A stretch of 64,000 nucleotides of DNA from Octopus vulgaris (GCA_951406725.2 OX597827.1:51460001-51524000), one strand, 5' to 3'. Positions 39,886-52,575 are shown, numbered from the stretch's first letter. Notes: a model not told the origin generated them from the sequence alone. Program-made: numbers and translations.

Positions 39886-40249
39886 ATATATATATATACA
39901 CTAACCCCATCCCTCCAAAAAAAAAGGATTCAGTGGTGATGGCTGGAATACCTTTGGTCGTAGGACCATAGGTTTGACCTGGGGTTAAATAACAATAGAC
40001 ATTGATGATGTCTAGTTTTCCATACTTGCATGGGTCAAATAATATTCATTGAAGCAGAATTTCTATGGCTGGACACTGTTCCTGCTGCCAACTTTCACCT
40101 GTTTCCAAGCAATATTTAGATGTACAAATAGCCAAAAGAACATTCAATACCTGCACTAAAGTTTATTTGCTAGAAGCTACTGTCACACTTCATATTTGCG
40201 CAAATTTCTCAGATCATATAGTCATACATACACATGTATACACCAAGTG

Positions 40250-40550
40250 AATGCTTGTGGCTTAGTGGTTAGGAATATTCAGCTCTCAATCATAAGGTCA
40301 TGATTTCAATTCCCAGCCATGCATTGTATCCTTGAGCAAGATGCTTTATTTCACATTGCTCCAGTTCACTCAGCTGGCAAAAATGAATTGTAATCCAATG
40401 GGCCAGCCTTGTCACATTCTGTGTCATGCTGAATCTCCCTGAGAGCTATGTTATGTGTCTGTGGAGTGTTCAGCCACTTGCATGTTAATTTCACAAGAAG
40501 GCTGTTCTGGTGATCAAATCAACTGGAACATTTGTAACCAATGGAGTGCC
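40250..40550 (+). mobile_element. tRNA-derived SINE family D (second copy ~63830-64000)
   Basis: gtggcttagtggttagg...ttcaattccc...ccttgagcaag...cacattgctccagttcactcagctggc, shared with the window end. Confidence 0.75.
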
Positions 40551-40680
40551 ATTTTTTTTTTTGTTTTTTTTTATATACACCACTGATGATCCAGCACCTC
40601 TTTTATTCTAAGCATATTTATAAGTAGATCCTTGAATTCCTCACAACCCAAAAGACTAGTTTCTTGTATGTCATCTACAA

Positions 40681-40900
40681 TCATCATCATCATCATCATC
40701 GTTTAACGTCCGTTCTCCATGCTTGCATGGGTTGGATGGTTCGACCAGGGATCTGGGAAGCCAGAAGGCTGCACCAGGCTCCGGTCTTATCTGGCAATGT
40801 TTCTACCGCTGGATGCCCTTCCTAACGCCAACAACTCCGTGAGTGTAGTGGGTGCTTTTTACGTGCCACCTGCACTGGTGCCAGTCGAGGTGGCACTGGC
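40681..40900 (-). mobile_element. RTE tail fragment (others ~41505-41660, ~43147-43380, ~54456-54628 on -; ~53205-53340, ~53660-53830 on +)
   Basis: (CAT)n followed by cgtttaacgtccgttctccatgcttgcatgggttgga. Confidence 0.85.
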
Positions 40901-41144
40901 TTTGGTGACTGTTGCAGGTCCATTGAGTTTGGGAAATTTCTTGTCTTATTTTGCTAATATTTATCCTTTGTTATGGCTTCTAAGCACAGTATAAGTTTCA
41001 AAGGTGGTGTAAAGCATAAACACAAAAACATTAAATTATAATGAATAAAATAAACTTATCCTCATACACATGTCTATATATATATATTACGGAGATGTAT
41101 TTGCATAGCGAGTGACTTGATTTGAGATTGTGTGCTGGAACGAA

Positions 41145-41400
41145 AACAATTGCACCGTGGAAGGTGTTTATAAGCCATTTAAGAAATGCACAAAACCGTT
41201 AGATTCACTTCAAAATTTAAATTTAATTTGTCAAAATATTTTCGGCGCTTTGAGACTGCGACCTGTTCACTGACAAAACATCGCCGCAGTCTCAAAGCGA
41301 TGAAAATATTTTGACAAATTAAATTAAAATTTTGAAGTGAATCTAACGGGTTTGTGTGTTTCTTAAATGGCTTATAAACACCTTCCATGCTGCAATTGTT
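41145..41400. repeat. Foldback element: ~116-bp arms, 24-nt spacer, in TA context (Penelope-like)
   Basis: 41145-41260 is the reverse complement of 41285-41400 with few mismatches. Confidence 0.92.
41227..41277 (-). ncRNA. Hammerhead-like motif with swapped G3:C8 core
   Basis: - strand: UUUGUCA GUGAACA GG(U)CGC-AGUCUCAAA-GCGCC GAA AAUAUU U UGACAAA. Confidence 0.55.
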
Positions 41401-44400
41401 ATATATATATATATATATATAAATGGCGGTGCCCCAGCATGGCCACAGCTCGTGAGCTGAAACTAGATAAAATAAAATTTTAAAAAATAAAATATATAAT
41501 CAGCAACAGCATTTAACATCCATTGTCCATGTTGACATGGATTGGACAGTTTGACATGATATGGTGAGCTACAAGGCTGTATCATATGCCATGTCAGCTT
41601 TGGTGTGGCTTCTATGGCTAGATGCCCTTCCTAATGCCAACCACTTTACTGTGCGTATTGGGTGCTAGGTGGGGTTGCCAGGTAACTTGCAAGACAGGAA
41701 AAAGGGGATTGGAGAAATTACTTGAGAGGGTGGAGTGATTTTATGACGGGCAAATGGAGGTGTCTTGCTATGGAGAAGATACATGGCTACTCTGTGTTTA
41801 TATAGGGTAGGAAGGAGCAAGTGGGTAGTGATGGGTTGTCAGAACAAAACCTTCAGAAAACTACAGATGTTACGGGCAGTGGATCAGGAAGGGAAATAAC
41901 AGGTAGAATATTTGGGTCAGCTATGGCCGTTTTTAATGCTAAAGGGTTAAGTCATGGATTCTGATAAACATCTAAATTTGTTTGAATAGATATAACATCA
42001 ATTTATGGGTTCCATACTTTGGTAAAAATATCTTGTGTACTGTATTGAATATTCCCTCTTTATTTACTCTATTTTATTCATTTAATTGTACAGCTTTATT
42101 TTTCTTTTAAGCACCAGTGTCTGTTTTGTAAGTGCTTTCTAATAGGATTAACTATAAAGAAAAGAGGATAGGATGTTGGGTCTTATAGATGAGGTAATAT
42201 ATACGACCACTTGTAGAAGCAGTATACACCAAATGCTAACCTTACACGGTTCATGACAGCATGAAGAAAGGAGTTAAAATTTGTTGAAGCTGTTTGATGT
42301 TCAGTTTGAAATATTGGACATGGGAAGTGAGGGTGGGGGAATACAAAGAAAAGCAGATCTAATGAAGAACTATGGGTAATGAGATGGTGGTGTAGAATCA
42401 TCACATTTACAAGAATAAGACCCATTGTAATACGGTATGCTTTTTAAAAGAATTTTAATTAAAGAAAGGATAGAATTCTACCTTATAATATCATTAATTC
42501 ATGTAACTGAGGTATTAAAACTCTCTGGAAATATTTTCACCAGCTTTCAAGATATGAGTTGTGTTTATTGCAATAACATTGTCTCAGCATTACTCAACAA
42601 CTTTCACTTATTGCTTCGTGTTCTTTGATAAAATATGTTACAATATTTTGCTTAGATGATAATTTTTCACCAAATTTATAAATACCAATGTAGCTGATAT
42701 GTTTGTTCTATTCATTTTATATTCAGTGATAAATGTCTGTGTTCTTGCTATACATTATATATTATCAATGGTGGGAGAAAGTATTATCATTGTTCCTGTT
42801 ATCAAAATTGACAGCACATGGCAATCAGTAACCACTGACTATAAATGGATTTAATATACTTCTCTTTGAAACTGACTTTTAGTGTCAAATACTGTAAGAC
42901 ACAATCTTGAGCAATGGGTTATAATGAATATATTCCCTTGCCTGAGAGGTATTTACGAAAGTCAATCAAATTTTCCCTTTTGTACTTCAAACATATCACT
43001 TGACAATAACTTTCAGTTGAAGATTTGATTTTTTTCCTATAAAGTTAGTCAGACAGATTTTGGAAAATTTCTAATGCTTTTGTATTTTCATCAAGATCTG
43101 ATAAATGCTGTTAGAATTGTAACTTCATATTAGCTAGGCTGTTTTCATCATCATCATTTAACATCATGTTCCATTTTGGCATGAGCTGGATGGTTTCACA
43201 GAATCTGACTGGTTTAAAAGACTGCGTTGTGTTCCAATGTCTGCTTTGGCATAGCTTCTATTGCTTGATACATTTCCTATTGCCAACCACCTTACAGCAT
43301 GTACTGAGTGGTTTTGTTTTTTTAGGGTTTTTTTTTCATACCACCAGTGGTTATGAGGTTGCCTTGTAGTTTGTAAGACTCTGGTTCCTTCAACTGAGTG
43401 GGACTACAAAAGAGAGTGGGGTAGCTTTATGCTAGAAAATGAGAGTTTAAAGTATGTAAAAAGAGGCTGCACAGAATGAATTTCTTGCTGTAGAACAAAT
43501 CAACTTATCATCTAACATCTGCCTATGACTCCACTTACTCTGCCTTCCACACATCATCCCACTGCTGGTAATTGGGGATGAATTGTTTCTCTTCAAGGGA
43601 TAACTTGTCTCCCTTCAACTATTAACAATATTTCCTACTTTTTCTTTTTTGTCTTTATGGTTAGCTAGCAGCTGTGGGTTTAAGTATGTACCAGGTTTCC
43701 AGCTCTAAAAGAAAAAGAAAGAATGTCACTTTCAAAATTATGCTGAAAATTCCTTAGGTTGTGATATAAACTCAAGAATCTCAAAGGATGCTCCCCTCAT
43801 TCTCTTTGTCAAAGATCCAGCAATTTCCTTTCTACTTATCATTTCTCTCTGGATGGCCATCGTTATGCAAAGTCCTTTGTCAAAAATTTGTGTTGTTGAG
43901 TGTATTGCTTCATACAGCAGGAATTGTCTATTTTACAAATTATTTATATATTTATGATATTGTCCCTTAACTATAAACAAGCCCAGTGAAAATTTTCTAT
44001 TTAAAAAGGAAAAAGGATCGTGCCTCTGTCATGTCAACCACTTGCAAAATTTCTACAGCTAGAGTACTTTTGACCACTCTAAATGCATTTAGATTGCTAG
44101 GCAATGGGCAATATGTTTATTATTGTTGCCACCAACTGAAAAGATATCAGCCTGCTTGTTATCCCCCCCCCCCCACACACACACACACCTCTTTCAGACT
44201 GACAAAAGAGGAATCTGTGTATACCAGTATTTGTAAGTGATCAAGATTTCTTAATTCAGAAATATCATTTGAAATTTTTCCTTCCTTCCTTCCTTTCTTT
44301 ACTGCTTTGTTAACTTGTTTAATACACTACATTTTCCTCCTTTAGAATGGAACTTAACTCACCAATATCATAACTGAAAACTGATCTAGTTAAACCAATT

Positions 44401-45419
44401 TAGTCACCTAAACTGTGTTGTTGGTACTCTATCCTCTCAGTTTATGCTATTTTATAATGGAACATATTTCAGTTTCTGTATGTATTTGTTTTGTCTTAGT
44501 TTAACATCCTCTCCATTTAAAAAAAAAAAATCTCTATTCCAGTTTACCAACATTCTGCTACTTTTCATGGCTTCAGATAATGTATGAAGCCTATTTATAA
44601 CATGAGTCTGAATGATCTTTGCACCTGCAAAATATAAATCCTCAACAAATGTAGCTATAAATATCAAGCATTTTGCTTCCAAAATACTGCCTTTAATTCT
44701 TTTCTGATGTCTTCAATTCCTCTCTAATCATTACCTGCCAGGATCTTGAAGCATCAGTCAAACTATATACATATTTTAAAAGCTACCAGGCACAGGCATG
44801 GCTGTGTGGTAAGAAGCTTGCTTCCCAATCACATCGTTCCTGGTTCATTCCCACTGTGTATCACCTTGGGTATTTTCTACTATAGCCTCAGATCAGAGCC
44901 TTATGAGTGTATTTTTATAGACGGACACTGAAAGAAGCGTACCATATATATGTGTGTGTGTCTGTGTTTGTCTTTCTACCACCATTTGATGTGTTTACAT
45001 CCCCTTAACTTAGTGGTTCAGCAAAAGAGACCAAAAGAATAAGAAGCACTAGGCTTTAAAAAAGTCTTGGGGGTTGATTTGTTCAAATGAAACCCATCGA
45101 GGCAATGTCCCAACCTGACTGCAGTCAAATGACTTATATATAAAAAAAAGACATATTTTTATATATAAGAGATATAACCTGGATGTACATTGAAGAGGAT
45201 CAAACTAACTTATCTAACTGCTTGCTCTGTAAACATGCCGTCTTAAAAACCATTGATTTACATATCCATCTCTGAGATACCATAATTCCTAATGTTACAT
45301 GTAGACCCTCTTTTGAATATATGGGAGAGTCATTTCTAATATTATTTGCAACTCTATTTTGAAAACCTTTTGCCACAAATCTAGCTTCACAAATTTGTTT
45401 ATCATTCAGCTTTGCGTGC

Positions 45420-46296
45420 TACTTATGAATGAGGGGAGCTGTGTGAGGAAGGAACCCATGGAAGACATGGGATGAGGTGGTGACGCATAACCTTCGAGCA
45501 TTGGGCCTCACAGAGGTAATGACGAAAGACCAAGACCTCTGGAGATATGCTGCGATTGAGAATACCCAGCAAGGAAAGTGAGATCTCAGCTGTAGCCTAC
45601 ACCAGTGTTGCATAACCAGCCCATTTAAAAAGTACCTTTGAATCATCAAGTGACATGTCATGCTTGAGGAGACCTATTCAGTCAAGTAAATCAAAATCAG
45701 AATCAAATCAAATCACAATCAAATGGAAATTGTAGTTGTGGCCGATACCAGTGCTGGTGGCATGCAATAAGCCCCATTCATGCATGGGTCGCTAACAGAG
45801 CTACCTAACTGGCTCTCCATGCCAATGGAACGTAAAGAGCACACTTCAAATGTTAGTAGCCCATGCTCTTAACATCATCATCATCATCATCGTTTAGCGT
45901 CCGTTTTCCATGCTAGCATGGGTTGGATGGTTCAACTGGGGTCTGTGAAGCCAGAAGGCTTCATCAGGCCTAGTCAGATCTGGCAGTGTTTCTACGGCTG
46001 GATGCCCTTCCTAATGCCAACCACTCCGTGAGTGTAGTGGGTGCTTTTTACGTGCCACCCGCACAGGTGCCAGACAGAGCTGGCAAATGGCCACGAACGG
46101 ATGGTGCTTTTTATGTGCCACCGGCACGGAGGCCAGGCGAGGCTGGCAATGGACACGAACGGATGGTGCTTTTTACGTGCCACCGGCACGAGGCCAGTCG
46201 GGGCGGCGCTGGCAACGGTCACGAACGGATGGTTCTCTTACATGCCACCGGCACTGGTAACACATCTGCAATTTCCATTGATCGATTTCGATTCTG
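45420..46296. mobile_element. Two RTE 3' fragments tail-to-tail (~45420-45870 +, ~45873-46296 -)
   Basis: First matches 50660-51080; second is the reverse complement of 22110-22477. Confidence 0.85.
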
Positions 46297-46345
46297 ATCC
46301 TCTACGCCATATCCCCAAGACTACGCCACTACGCCATATCCCCAA

Positions 46346-46391
46346 GACACCTGATGAAGGCTGGAGTGTATATCAACCGAAACGTTGTGTT
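46346..46391 (+). ncRNA. Minimal type-I hammerhead motif (Penelope-type)
   Basis: GACAC CUGAUGA a GGCUG-gaguguauau-CAACC GAA ACGU U GUGUU. Confidence 0.7.
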
Positions 46392-47576
46392 AACAACAAA
46401 CAAGATGAGGACAAATATCCATCAATTGTAAATAATCTTTATTCATTAGATGTTTGTTTTTATTTTCAGCTTTGTGTCCTCATTGTTTGCATGTTTAGAT
46501 TAAAGTTTTTCTTAGTTTGGGAAACACAATCACCTTAGGAACAGGTTTTTGTTTAGGTTGCCTATTTCTTGTTCTGGTACTTACGTGTTTTCCAATTTTT
46601 TTTTTGTTTCAGTCATTAGACTGTGGCCATACTGGGGCGACACCTTGAAGAATTTTTGTTGAATGAATTGACCATACTACATTTTTTAAAGCCAGGTGCT
46701 TATTCTATCAGTCTCTTTTGCCAAACTGCTAAGTTATGGGGAATGTAAATGCACCAACACTGTTTGTCAAGCAGTGGTGGGAGACACACAGATACAAAGA
46801 TACACACACGTGCACGTATATGATGGGCTTCTTTCAGTTTCCATCCACCAAATCCACTCACAAGGCTTTGGTTAACCAGCTTGCCCAAGGTGCCACCTTA
46901 AAGCTAAAACCAGTACAAACACACAAATGATGTCATAAATGGCAGTAATTTTATTCAGCTGAATACACGTCATTGGTTGAAATTACCGAAATTGGGCTAC
47001 TTTGACGTGAAATTACTTCGTAAATATAAGTTTTTTCTCAAAAGTGCTAAGAGTAAAAGATGTTTTATACGACACAGTCTATCAGTGTCCGAAGTTTGAA
47101 AGTGTTTAGTTACAAAAAATTATTTTCTAAATCTGCCAGTCAAAAGGTAAAGATCCACAATAACATTTCGAAGTTCATTCATATTTCTTGACCTCTAACC
47201 TCTAGCGTAGCTAGAGTGGGTGCCACTCGGAGCAGCCCTTCCATTTGCTACCCTTGGACCTCACAAAAACACATATTGCCTACAGCAGACCCAAAAGTGT
47301 TGCCCTTTAAAAGTGTCGCCCATACCGCCCTTGTAAGATTTTACCTCTATCAGTTACACAATAACCATTTCTATATTTCAAGATAATCTTTTACCTAATA
47401 ATCCAGAGAATAAAAGGAAAATCTGTAATGAAATGAAACTGGAAGAATGAGTGCTTGTATCATAGTCATGAAGAACATGTTTATGTTTTATTTATAAAAT
47501 ACGTTATCTTGTCATAATTTCATTAGATATATGAATAGACATTATCCTTTATAATCATTTTCTTTCAGATTCAAAT

Positions 47577-48370
47577 ATCATCATCATTTAACGACTGTTG
47601 TCCATGCTGGTATGGTTGGACGGTTTGATGAGGGCTGGTAAGCTGAGGGACTGCACCAGACTCCAGTCTGATTTAGGATGGTTTCTATGGTTGGATGTCC
47701 TTTCTAATGCCAACCACTTCAAGAGTGTAATGGATGCTTTTACATGTCACCTGCACAGGTGCCAGTTATGTGACACCAGCATTGGCCACATTGCTTCTGT
47801 GAGGCCAAACGCTCAAATGGTGCTTTTTACATGCCACCGGCACGGATACCAGTTACATGACATTGGCATCAGCCACATTGCTTCTGTGAGGTCAAATGCT
47901 CAAATGGTGCTTTTTACGTACCATTGACATGGGTGCCAGTTACATGACACCAGCATCAGCCACATTGCTTCCATGGGGCCCAGTGCTCGCCAGTATTGGG
48001 TACCAGTCACATGGTATCAACAAGGCGGTGAGCTGCCAGAAACGTTAGCACGCCAGGCGAAATGCTTAGCGGTATTTCGTCTGCTGTTACGTTGTGAGTT
48101 CAAATTCCGCCGAGGTTGACTTTGCCTTTCATCCTTTCGGGGTCGATAAATTAAGTACCAGTTATGTACTGGGGTTGATGTAATCGACTTAATACCTATG
48201 TCTGTCCTTGTTTGTCCCCTCTATGTTTAGCCCCTTGTGGGTAATAAAGAAATAGGTATCAATATCAGCCATGACCATGATTTCACTTGGCTTAATGGGT
48301 CCTCTCAAGCACAGCATATCGCCAAAGGTCTTGGTCACTACTCATTACCTCTGTGAAGCCCAACATTTGA
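47577..48370 (-). mobile_element. RTE 3'-UTR fragment with tandem subunits, interrupted by SINE B
   Basis: (CAT)n tail; three ccagttacatgacac...gccacattgcttc units. Confidence 0.8.
48024..48254 (+). mobile_element. SINE family B, young (central domain resembles the Meta/MESC SINE domain, from memory)
   Basis: ggcggtgagctg...gagttcaaattcc (box B) gccgaggttgactttgcctttcatcctttcggggtcgataaa; TSD ggtatcaa at 48013 and 48255. Confidence 0.85.
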
Positions 48371-49409
48371 AGATAAATCTTTGATATACATATTAATCAA
48401 ATATTCTTCTGATTCATTTTGCTATCATCTCTCTGTCTCTCGCTCTCTCACTCACACACACGCACATTTTGTTTATGCATGTGTGAGTATGTACATGTAT
48501 GTAGTATATTCAGTCATGTATATTGATTTCATTCTGTTGTTCACAAATACAGTCATTTGCATATGTTTGTTTTTGTGATAGCTTGACTTATTAGAAATAG
48601 CAGCCAAGCCCCCTTTAAATCATAACCCTGTCTCTCTTGTGTATATACCAACAGGGAGTACTCATATGTGGTTGCTAGACATATTAAAAATAGTGACCAA
48701 TTCTCCGTCACATCACAACCTTCTGTCAACATCCTTTCATTCAATATCTTTGCATTACAGGGTGCATCTGCAAGTTGTTTAAAAATGAAAGATCAGCATA
48801 TAAAACATAGTTTAGAATTGTGGACAAAACTTGTAATTCTCTTTGAAAATATGCTTTTATTGCTATGCTATTTTTACTCTCTCTCTCTCTCTCTCTCTCT
48901 CTCACATAAACAATTAAAAGTCCTGGGAGTTTTTATTCCAAAACTCAGTCCTTATTTGTTTTCACTGGAATTTTTTTCATTTTACTAGAATAACAATAAA
49001 CTGAAACAGCATTTTAAATTTTCAGTGGTTGAGGAAAAAACCATTTTAATTACTCAGTCCAGTGTTTCATGTGTAATTTTGTGGGACATAAATTTTCTAA
49101 ATTTAGATATTTGAAAAAAAGAAAAGGGGTAGCATTTAGTTCTCATGAATAATGTGTAGCTCTAGTTTCTGAGTTTAAAAATTTGGGGGGAAAAGTGCAT
49201 TGTAAACACGGGTATGGCTGTGTGGTTATGGAGCTTGCATTGCAACTGCATAGCTTTGGGTTCAGTCCTACTGCATGACATGTTGGGCAAGTGTCTTCTA
49301 TAGCCCTGGCGAACCAATACTTTGTGAGTGAATTTGGTAGATAAAAATGGTGTGAAAGCTTTATTATGATGATGATGATACATATGTGTGTGTTCCCCAC
49401 CACTGCTTG

Positions 49410-51085
49410 AGAGCTAAGAGACCAGCTACCCGAATTGATAGCACCCTGGTAGATAAAGCGATTAAGGATATGAAATCAGAAAAAGCCCCTGGCCCATCAA
49501 TAATCACTGCTGAGATGCTTAAAATATTTGGTGGTGTGGGTTATGGTCTAGTCACTCGTATTGTAAACCGGGTAGTTCACGAAAGAGTCATACCCAATGA
49601 CTGACATAGCAGCACCATAGTCAACTGCTACAAAGGTAAAGGTGATACTTTAGATAGAAATAACTACAAGGGTATCAAGCTGCTGGATCAGGTGATGAAG
49701 GTCACGGAGAGGGTCATAGCCCAACTAATTAGGGAAAGAGTCTGCTTAGATGAGATACAGTTCAGTTTTGTACCAGGTAGAAGCACCACCGATGCTATAT
49801 TCCTGGTAAGGCAACTGCAGGAGAAATACCTAGCCAAAGATAAACCCCTATACTTGGCTTTTGTTGACTTGGAGAAAGCCTTTGACAGGGTTCCCTGATC
49901 CCTTATCTGGTGGGCAATGCAGAAACTAGGAATAGATGAGTGGTTAATAAGAGCTGTACAGGGATGCTGTCAATAAGGTAAGGGGCGGAAATGAGTATAT
50001 TGAAGAATTCCGAGTAGAAGTAGGGGTTCACCAAGGGTCAGCCCTCAGCCCCCTCTTATTCATCATAGACTTCCAGGCAATAACAGGAATTTAAGACAGG
50101 CTGCCCCTGGGAGCTCCTCTAAGCTGATGATCTTGCTCTCAGAGTGGAATCACTACCAGAACTTGAGAAGAAATTTCAGATGTGGAAGCAAGGTTTAGAA
50201 TTGAAGAGCCTTAGAGTCAATGTTGCAAAAACCAAAGTCCTAGTAAGTAGGGAGGTGAACAAATCACAAACCCCATCAGGTAGATGGCCCTGCTCGATCT
50301 GTAGAAAAGGTGTTGGTAGAGAGTCTATAAAATGTACCCAGTGTAAGCTATGGACGCATAAGAGGTGCAGCAACATCAAAGGAAGATTAACCGGGATGAT
50401 AGCTATTGTGTGTGGTCGATGCACAGAGGCAATAAACACTGAAGATGCTCAAAAAACAGATTCCATCAGAGGGAGAAATGAAGCTAGTATGATCCACTGG
50501 ATGTGTAATGTCAGTGTGCACACACAACAGAGTGTAAGTGCGCTGAGAGAAATGTTGGACATAAAGCATCACATATGGTGTGCAAGAGAGATGACTGTGT
50601 TGGTATGGTCATGTGCTGTGTATGGATGAGGAGAGCTGTGTGAAGAAGTGTCGTTCCCTAACAGTGGAAGGAACCTGTGGAAGAGGGAGACCCATGAAGA
50701 TATGGGATGAGGTGGTGAAGCATGACCTTCGAACATTGGGCCTTATAGAGGCAATGACGAGAGACCAAGACCTCTGTAGATATGCTGTGATTGAGAAGAT
50801 CCAGCAAGTAAAGTGAGATCACAGCCGTAGCCTATACCAGTGTTGCATAACCAGCTCATTTAAAAAGTACCTTTGAATCGTCTGGCGACATGCCATGCAT
50901 GAGGAGATCTATTGAGTCAAGTAAAATCAAAACTCAAAATCACATTCAAAATGGAAATTGTAGTTGTGGCCGATGCCAGTGCCACCTGACTGGCTCTCAT
51001 GCTGGTGGCACGCAATAAGCACCATTCGTGCCTGGGTCATTGCTTGTGCTGGTGGCACGTGAAAACCACCATCTGAATGTGGTCG
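49410..51085 (+). mobile_element. RTE-clade LINE, 5'-truncated, pseudogenised reverse transcriptase
   Basis: KAPGPSII, FVPGRSTTDAIF, LAFVDLEKAFDRVP, GVHQGSALSPLLF, L*ADD (YADD with a stop), NVAKTKVL, Cys-rich insert CSIC...CTQC...H..C...CGRC, GRGRP tail. Confidence 0.92.
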
Positions 51086-51549
51086 ATTCCATGAAGCCAT
51101 GTAATTGCAAAATGAACTTCTTAGCTACATGGCCGTCAGTGCATATGTGTGTGAAAAGTTGCTGTTAAACAAAACAAAAAAAAACTAAAAATCATATGCT
51201 AATATTTTTAAAACTTTCCACTGGTAAATGAATTAACATTTTTGGTTAGTGGTTAAAAGTTCTGTCCTATTTATTTTTATTTAAACAAAATATCCTAGAT
51301 ACATCTTCAGTTACTGTAAAAAGTTAACAATTTGTAGAACTAAATTTATCTTTATGATGGAAAAGGAGTTTCTATAAGGTAAATGCATGAAAAGTTTAAT
51401 ATTAATTAAAATTGTAAATAAGACAGTGGTGGTGTGTCAATGAAATAACAGTCTTTTGTGTTTTGCATTTTCAATAAATGAAAATCTAATTTTAATGTCT
51501 TCTAAACTAAATGTTATTTTATCAATTAATAACATTGAATAGATTTCTG

Positions 51550-52575
51550 TTATTTTTCTTCAGTTTGAGCTTCTAATATACTTAGGCAGCAATTTGGTTC
51601 TGTGGGTGTGTTAGTCCAAGCAGCAGCCCATGTTGGTGTCACTGGGAACCCAGCTGACCAGTTGTAATTATTTGCTTGTGAATTGTTTGGCATCACTGAT
51701 GTAATTGAGAGAGGCATCAATGGTTGTATACAGCAAGTAAGTTGTTGGGAGTTTGTTTGTGTTTCGAATGTTAATTGGACTTGTGATGATGGTGATGATG
51801 GTTCAAGGGACTGTTGATCAGGCAATGGCAGTAATGTTTGTTCTAGATTTGTTTCTGCTTCTGCTTCTATTTCTGGTTCTGATTGTAAAATTTCATTTCT
51901 ACTGTGTGTTTGTTCATGCTTTTTTAAATGTGCTCTTTGGGAAAATACTTTGCTGCAGAGGCTACAGTTAAAAGGCTTCTCTGCACTGTGGGTTCGTTCA
52001 TGTTTGTTAAGATATGATTTTTGTGAGAACACTTTATGGCAAATTGCACACTCAAATGGTTTTAGCCCCGTGTGAGTTCGTTCATGCTTGTTTAAATACG
52101 ATTTCTGTGAAAAGTTCTTCTGGCACACAGAACACACAAATGGTTTTAGTTCCGTGTGTGTTCTTTGATGTTTATGAAGATAAGATTTTTGCGAAAATGC
52201 CTTTCCGCAAGTGAAGCATACAAATGGTTTTTCTCCCGTGTGTGTACGTTTATGTTTGCTGAGATGCGTTCGTTGGCTGAATGCCTTTTCACAGACATTG
52301 CAATGGTAAGGTTTTTCCCCTGTGTGCGTACGTTCATGATTTTTCAGTTTATCCCTTTGGCTGAAAGCTTTTCCACAGAAAGAACAACCGAAATGTTTCT
52401 CTGCTTCTGGGGCCAATTCGTGTTTGGCAAGATATACGCGTAAAGTAAACCCTTTGCGGCACACTGCACATTTGAAAGGTTTCTTACTATTTGCAGTACT
52501 TTGCGAGTCATCATTTGTCTTTGTATCAGATGGTGACTGATTTTCACTCTCATTCATGGATTGAACATTAATCAT
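51550..52575 (-). CDS. C2H2 zinc-finger protein ZNF-C: 1 atypical + 6 canonical fingers
   Basis: 341-aa intact ORF; closest to ZNF-A (shared SQRDKLKNHE, SQRTHL); candidate acceptors on the - strand near 52691-52710. Confidence 0.93.
   Translation of the reverse strand: MINVQSMNESENQSPSDTKTNDDSQSTANSKKPFKCAVCRKGFTLRVYLAKHELAPEAEKHFGCSFCGKAFSQRDKLKNHERTHTGEKPYHCNVCEKAFSQRTHLSKHKRTHTGEKPFVCFTCGKAFSQKSYLHKHQRTHTELKPFVCSVCQKNFSQKSYLNKHERTHTGLKPFECAICHKVFSQKSYLNKHERTHSAEKPFNCSLCSKVFSQRAHLKKHEQTHSRNEILQSEPEIEAEAETNLEQTLLPLPDQQSLEPSSPSSQVQLTFETQTNSQQLTCCIQPLMPLSITSVMPNNSQANNYNWSAGFPVTPTWAAAWTNTPTEPNCCLSILEAQTEEK

Noticed and set aside
46925-47335. Possible DNA-transposon termini
   Set aside because: No partner TIR or TSD found in the window; family not assignable
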